Shown here: one piece after another, positions 59,020 to 64,000 of the stretch
How positions within the stretch are numbered: the first letter of the stretch is position 1
How the letters are laid out: each line of letters begins with the position of its first letter
Assembly: GCA_965116495.1 (NCBI GenBank)
Contig: OZ220696.1
Location: 1 to 64,000 of the forward strand
DNA length: 64,000 bases
Source of the DNA: Gammaproteobacteria bacterium
GTDB lineage: Bacteria > Pseudomonadota > Gammaproteobacteria > Eutrophobiales > Eutrophobiaceae
Direction: 5' to 3'
Program-made: the position numbers and the translations under genes
Notes under the pieces: model-generated
The model's input: the letters and a program-made list of their open reading frames with translations, nothing else
Told to the model about the DNA's origin: nothing
Database searches by the model: none

Positions 59020-60252
59020 CTATACTGTATCTTTTTGTCGTGGAGGTTTCATCGCGGCAACGAAAATAATAATGATTAACAGCAGCGCCGCGTTCAACTG
59101 GAACGCCGGGGAGAAAGTCCCCGCTTTGTCGCCGATATAGCCGGCGATGACGGGTCCCAGCATGGCCGCTGTAGTGATGAAGTTCATGGTACCCAGTAAT
59201 TCAGGATTGTCTCTCTCTCCGAAATAATTCAGCAGCAGTAAGGCGGTAGCCAGGAAGCACATACCGAAGCCAAAACCTTCGCCGACGGCAAAGAAGACAA
59301 GGGCAGCCGGGTTATCCGCAACAGAGAGAGCCAGCATACCTATCAATTCACCGATCAATGCCGCAACCAGCAGCCATTTGGGATCAATCCGGGTGGCGAT
59401 CATTCCTCCCAGGGCGCGGGACAAGGCGTTCACCGCGCCATCCGCGCTCAGTACCAGCGTGGCGAGCGCGGTTGATATGCCAAGCATGCCCAGGTGGGTA
59501 AATGCCCAGCTGTTCATGGTCAGCGTACAGAATAATGTCAGCGTCAACGCTGCAACAATCACGTAATACTGTGGTGTACGCAGCGCGTCCCGGTAGCGCC
59601 ATTCAGTCTTTGTCTTGAACACCTTGTCGGAGGTTTTCTCTTCTTTTAATGTGTTTGCATCCTTCTTCTCACCTGCCGGCCGTTTGTTTATGAACGCGAT
59701 TGCAAGCACCATGAGGGTCAGGACAGCAGCGGTCATGGACCACCAGTGTACCCGCCAGGAATCCGTGTTGCTGACGATGAAGGTGACGACAGGGGGACCG
59801 GCCACGGCGCCCAGCCCGCCCAAGGTCATATACAACCCGATAGCGAATGAACGTCTGTGGGGCAACCAGTCATTAATCAGGTGGATGCCCGGCACCGTCG
59901 CGCACAGGGCAAAGCCCAGTCCGAGCAGGCTCGTTCCGAGCCAATACTGGTACAGCCCGGTCCCGGTGGAAATCAGGACAAAGCCGCAAGCCATGGTAGC
60001 TGCACCGATAACATAGGTCGCCTTGATCCCGAAGCGCCGGATAGTCCAGGCCGGAACGGTGCCTGCCAGTCCCACCAGTAGTGCCAGCAAGGAAAAACCC
60101 GTGCCGGCCTGGGACCAGCTCCAGGAAAATTCCTCGATCATATAGGGCAGCACGACACCCAGGGAGCTGAATGTAGCAGCCGTGATAAAGAAGAAGAAAG
60201 CACTGGCCAGGGCGAACATCCACCAGCGTTTGAATTCCGGTGCTTGCATCAT
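59020..60252 (-). CDS. MFS transporter
   Basis: 410-aa multi-TM protein with an MFS-like layout. Confidence 0.85.
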   Translation of the reverse strand: MMQAPEFKRWWMFALASAFFFFITAATFSSLGVVLPYMIEEFSWSWSQAGTGFSLLALLVGLAGTVPAWTIRRFGIKATYVIGAATMACGFVLISTGTGLYQYWLGTSLLGLGFALCATVPGIHLINDWLPHRRSFAIGLYMTLGGLGAVAGPPVVTFIVSNTDSWRVHWWSMTAAVLTLMVLAIAFINKRPAGEKKDANTLKEEKTSDKVFKTKTEWRYRDALRTPQYYVIVAALTLTLFCTLTMNSWAFTHLGMLGISTALATLVLSADGAVNALSRALGGMIATRIDPKWLLVAALIGELIGMLALSVADNPAALVFFAVGEGFGFGMCFLATALLLLNYFGERDNPELLGTMNFITTAAMLGPVIAGYIGDKAGTFSPAFQLNAALLLIIIIFVAAMKPPRQKDTV

Positions 60253-60272
60253 TCCAGAGAAGCCTGGCCCCA

Positions 60273-60298
60273 GTCATACCGGCGCAAGCCGGTATCCA
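60273..60298 (+). repeat. GTCATTCC-family REP, single copy
   Basis: GTCATACCGGCGCAAGCCGGTATCCA. Confidence 0.7.
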
Positions 60299-60321
60299 TG
60301 TGCAGGGTCTGGCGGGAGTCT

Positions 60322-61140
60322 TTAATTCTCAGCATGGAACACCACACTGGTCATACTCAGTGATTTATGTACGATAAAGTCGGTTTCAATGCTGACCGTA
60401 TCTGTCTCTTCACTTGCTCCCAGGGTGTACAGCAGGGGACATAAATGCTCTGCTGAGGGCACTGCGAGTGCGGCGTCCTGGCCGAGACGTTGATATTCCC
60501 AGATACCTTGCGGGTCATTATCCAGGATATGCCCCTTAATGCTGTTATTGAACCTTACCGCCCAGTCATAAGGGGGAGATGCGGGATTCGACCAGTCCAT
60601 CAAGGCCAGGTTATGTACGATATTGCCGCTGCCCATAATCAATACGCCTTCCCGCCGTAACGGTCGCAGACACTGTCCAATCCTGTAGTGCCAGTCCAGC
60701 GGCTTATCCAGATTGAGACTGAGCTGGACTACCGGGATATCCGCGTCCGGGTGAGATTTGATTAATACTGACCAGGCGCCGTGGTCAAGTCCCCATGATT
60801 GATCCATCGTTACGGGTACCGGCGCCAGTAACTCGCGCACCCGTTCAGCCAATTCGGGTTTGCCAGGAGCAGGATATTGCAGATCGAATAACGGCGCCGG
60901 CAGAGGCCAGCCGAAATCATGGATCGTCTCCGGCGCATCCATGGCGGTGACCGCACTGCCGTGTGTGTACCAGTGCGCCGAGATACACAAAATGGCTTCG
61001 GGTCGTTCCATCCGGCCGGCAATACGATACCAGGTACGTGTTGCCTCATTATCTTCGATGGCATTGGCAGGGCTGCCATGTCCGAAGAAGATAACGGGCG
61101 TGACGGATTGAAGGGCCTCGTTACGATGGTCTGTATGCAT
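60322..61140 (-). CDS. ygiD: 4,5-DOPA extradiol dioxygenase-like protein (LigB family)
   Basis: FFGHGSP, ISAHW, TIHDF, GLDHGAW, GSGNIVHNL. Confidence 0.9.
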   Translation of the reverse strand: MHTDHRNEALQSVTPVIFFGHGSPANAIEDNEATRTWYRIAGRMERPEAILCISAHWYTHGSAVTAMDAPETIHDFGWPLPAPLFDLQYPAPGKPELAERVRELLAPVPVTMDQSWGLDHGAWSVLIKSHPDADIPVVQLSLNLDKPLDWHYRIGQCLRPLRREGVLIMGSGNIVHNLALMDWSNPASPPYDWAVRFNNSIKGHILDNDPQGIWEYQRLGQDAALAVPSAEHLCPLLYTLGASEETDTVSIETDFIVHKSLSMTSVVFHAEN

Positions 61141-61310
61141 TTCACAAAGTATAACTGAAAATGCGCCGGAAAAGCCTGATCCCGGTCGCACCCCTCACGA
61201 TATGTAAATTACCGGCTTATAGTATAACCCGTGACGTGATAGTACAATTGAATGGCAACAAATCAATTTACCGATATTTTTCTGTGACCGGAAGTGAGTG
61301 AAAGAATGAC

Positions 61311-62630
61311 ATGATTACGATTCCGCTATGGCTGCTGCTTTCCGTACCAGCCCTGATCATAGCGCTGCTGGTCGTTATACTCGGCAAATTGTCTGCGAAC
61401 AGTAAAGGGGAAACGGAAGAAATTGTGCGCGAGGAGTTTCGCACGAGCCGGCAGGAAGCCACTGGCAGCGCCCGCAGCCTGCGCGAAGAAGTAGCCAGGA
61501 TGCAAAAAGACGCCAATGACAGCGTTATCAAAGTGATCGGTGAGATGGGCAAGGCCCAGCAGACGCGCCTTGATGCGGCCGAGTTGAGGATTAAGGAGTT
61601 GAGCGACAAAAATGAAACAAGGATAGGCCAACTCAGGGACACCTTGGATACGAAAATGAAGACCTTGCAGGACGGTAATGACAGGAAACTCGAACAGATG
61701 CGGCAGACGGTGGATGAAAAACTGCAGAGCACACTGGAAAAGCGCCTGGGTGAGTCATTCAAAATAGTCAGCGAACGTCTGGAGGCGGTACAACGCGGGC
61801 TGGGAGAAATGCAGAACCTGGCAACCGGGGTGGGAGATCTCAAACGGGTATTAACCAATGTCAAGGCACGGGGCACGTGGGGAGAGGTGCAACTCGGCGC
61901 CATTCTGGAGCAGATGCTGGCCCCGGAACAGTATGAAAACAACGTCAGGGTTCGTCCCGAGTCCGCAGAGGTGGTCGAGTTTGCCATCCGGCTTCCCGGC
62001 GCCGGTCCTGACATTGACGAGAGCGTCTGGTTGCCGATCGATGCAAAATTTCCACAGGAAGATTACCAGCGCCTGCTCAACGCCACAGAAAGCGCCGATG
62101 CGGATGCAGTCGAGCAATCAATGAAGTCACTAACCCGCGCCATAGAGGTTTCTGCAAAGGACATATCGGAAAAATATATTTCGCCCCCGGCAACCACCGA
62201 CTTTGCCATCATGTTCCTGCCCACGGAGGGCCTGTATGCTGAAGTGCTCAGACAACCCGGCCTGCTTGAAAAACTCCAACATCACCACAGGGTGATTGTA
62301 GCCGGACCGACAACCCTGTCTGCGATTCTGAACAGTTTGCGCATGGGTTTCCGCACCCTTGCCATCGAAAAGCGTTCCAGCGAGGTCTGGCAGATACTGG
62401 CGGCCGTGAAGACCGAGTTCGGCAAGTTCGGAGAGGTATTGACCAGGGTCAAAAGACAGCTGGACACGGCCTCCAACACAATTGATCAGACAGGGGTACG
62501 CACCAGGGCCATGGAAAGGAAGCTCAGAGATGTAGAAGCCTTGCCCGGGGAAGAATCCGACAAACTACTGGAACTTTCCGATGAATTAGTAGATGGAGAG
62601 GATGTAGAGAACACAGAAGGTAGAGAGTAA
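61311..62630 (+). CDS. rmuC: DNA recombination protein RmuC
   Basis: TVDEKLQ.TLE.RLGESF, RGTWGE.QL, PIDAKFP, MFLPTEGLYAE. Confidence 0.95.
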   Translation: MITIPLWLLLSVPALIIALLVVILGKLSANSKGETEEIVREEFRTSRQEATGSARSLREEVARMQKDANDSVIKVIGEMGKAQQTRLDAAELRIKELSDKNETRIGQLRDTLDTKMKTLQDGNDRKLEQMRQTVDEKLQSTLEKRLGESFKIVSERLEAVQRGLGEMQNLATGVGDLKRVLTNVKARGTWGEVQLGAILEQMLAPEQYENNVRVRPESAEVVEFAIRLPGAGPDIDESVWLPIDAKFPQEDYQRLLNATESADADAVEQSMKSLTRAIEVSAKDISEKYISPPATTDFAIMFLPTEGLYAEVLRQPGLLEKLQHHHRVIVAGPTTLSAILNSLRMGFRTLAIEKRSSEVWQILAAVKTEFGKFGEVLTRVKRQLDTASNTIDQTGVRTRAMERKLRDVEALPGEESDKLLELSDELVDGEDVENTEGRE

Positions 62631-62650
62631 CGACAGGGTTTATTATCGAC

Positions 62651-64000
62651 CTAATCTGCAGATACAGCCATTCGGGTTGTTTCTTTTTCCTCAATCTCAA
62701 TAGTCAATTCGTCGTCTTCCGCCGAAACAATGACGTGGCCGCCGTGCAGCAGTTTGCCGAACAGGAGTTCCTCAGCCAGTTCTTTCTTTATCTTTTCCTG
62801 GATCAGGCGTGACATGGGCCTGGCGCCCATGATCTTGTCATAGCCGTGTCTGCACAGCCACAGCCGGGCGGCTTCGTCCACATCGATGACGACTTTCTTG
62901 TCGTCGAGTTGCGCCTGTAATTCAACCAGGAACTTATCCACTACGTTGAGGATGGTCTTGTGGTCCAGCGCATTGAATTCGATTATGGCGTTCAGGCGGT
63001 TACGGAATTCCGGGCTGAAGGTCTTGATGATGGCTTCCATGGCGTCCGAACTGTGGTCCTGCTGGGTAAATCCGACTGAAGCCCGGCTGATTCGGTCCGC
63101 CCCGGCATTGGTGGTCATGATGATGATCACGTTGCGGAAATCGACGTGACGACCGTTGGTGTCCGTGAGAGTACCATGGTCCATTACCTGCAGCATCAGG
63201 TTAAAGACATCGGGATGTGCCTTTTCCATTTCGTCCAGGAGCAGCACGCAATGGGGATGCTTGTTGATCTCATCGGTCAGGAGACCGCCCTGGTCGAAAC
63301 CCACGTATCCCGGCGGCGCGCCGATGAGGCGGGAGACCGTGTGACGTTCCATGTATTCGGACATATCAAAGCGGATCAACTGGATACCCATGGCATTGGC
63401 CAGTTGTTTGCTGATCTCCGTTTTCCCGACACCGGTTGGTCCGGCCAGCAGGAACGCGCCTATCGGCTGTTCCGGGTTACCCAGTCCCGAGCGCGCCATC
63501 TTGATGGCCGTGGCAAGGCTTTCGATGGCCTTATCCTGGCCAAAGACGACCATTTTCAGGTTGCGATCAAGGTTCTTCATGATATCCCGGTGCGATGTAG
63601 TAACCGCTTTCGGCGGAATACGGGCGACCTTGGCGACAATGTTTTCAATGTCCTGTACCCCGATGGTTTTTTTGCGTCTTGAAGGCGGCAGCAATTGCTG
63701 TGATGCGCCGGCTTCATCTATGATGTCTATGGCTTTATCGGGAAGGTGGCGGTCGGTTATATAGCGTTCCGAAAGTTCTGACGCCGATCGTAATGACTGG
63801 TTGGTATAACGCACCTGGTGGTGATCTTCAAAACGGGATTTCAATCCCTGTAATATTTTGACGGTTTCATCGATGGAAGGCTCGGTCACGTCGATTTTCT
63901 GGAAACGGCGCGCCAGGGCCCGGTCTTTCTCGAAAATACCGCGGAATTCCTGGTAGGTAGTGGAGCCTATACACTTGATGTCACCGGACGCCAGTACCGG
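62651..64000 (-). CDS. clpA: ATP-dependent Clp protease ATPase ClpA, 5'-truncated by the window edge
   Basis: LARRFQKIDV, LPDKAID, GPTGVGKTE, RFDMSEYMERHTVSRLIGAPPGYVG, MGARPM. Confidence 0.96.
   Translation of the reverse strand, partial: PVLASGDIKCIGSTTYQEFRGIFEKDRALARRFQKIDVTEPSIDETVKILQGLKSRFEDHHQVRYTNQSLRSASELSERYITDRHLPDKAIDIIDEAGASQQLLPPSRRKKTIGVQDIENIVAKVARIPPKAVTTSHRDIMKNLDRNLKMVVFGQDKAIESLATAIKMARSGLGNPEQPIGAFLLAGPTGVGKTEISKQLANAMGIQLIRFDMSEYMERHTVSRLIGAPPGYVGFDQGGLLTDEINKHPHCVLLLDEMEKAHPDVFNLMLQVMDHGTLTDTNGRHVDFRNVIIIMTTNAGADRISRASVGFTQQDHSSDAMEAIIKTFSPEFRNRLNAIIEFNALDHKTILNVVDKFLVELQAQLDDKKVVIDVDEAARLWLCRHGYDKIMGARPMSRLIQEKIKKELAEELLFGKLLHGGHVIVSAEDDELTIEIEEKETTRMAVSAD

Overview
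Chromosomal window from a probable gammaproteobacterium, judged from the pyrG-kdsA-eno-ftsB-ispD-ispF and nnr-tsaE-amidase-mutL-miaA-hfq gene orders. The left end holds a 5'-truncated type II-C CRISPR-Cas locus (cas9, cas1, cas2, 10 repeats and 9 spacers). Its last repeat runs directly into a broken addiction-module gene, and an AbrB/VapC toxin-antitoxin pair follows. About 41 kb of accessory DNA lies between ispF and nnr, in four blocks. (1) A metal-uptake island with two paralogous ZnuD-like TonB-dependent receptors, a ZIP importer and a CDF exporter. (2) An L,D-transpeptidase plus an uncharacterised MotA/ExbB-type three-gene module, divergent from a two-component system. (3) An amino-acid/aromatic catabolic cluster with paired paralogues and a frameshifted ABC ATPase. 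(4) A sugar-acid catabolic cluster containing a GNAT/DUF1778 TA pair. The best candidate for an undescribed system is at 15641-18971. A near-leaderless 95-aa leader peptide (signal peptide, HxxxH, CxxC, C-terminal RAPP) has RAPP-proximal codons that can base-pair over the Shine-Dalgarno and start codon of the downstream receptor. That receptor carries a ~284-aa His/Asp/Glu loop with about 78 histidines by hand count. Several MITE/REP families are also visible. No tRNA, rRNA or tracrRNA was recognised. All calls come from motif recognition by eye; no database searches or folding calculations were run.
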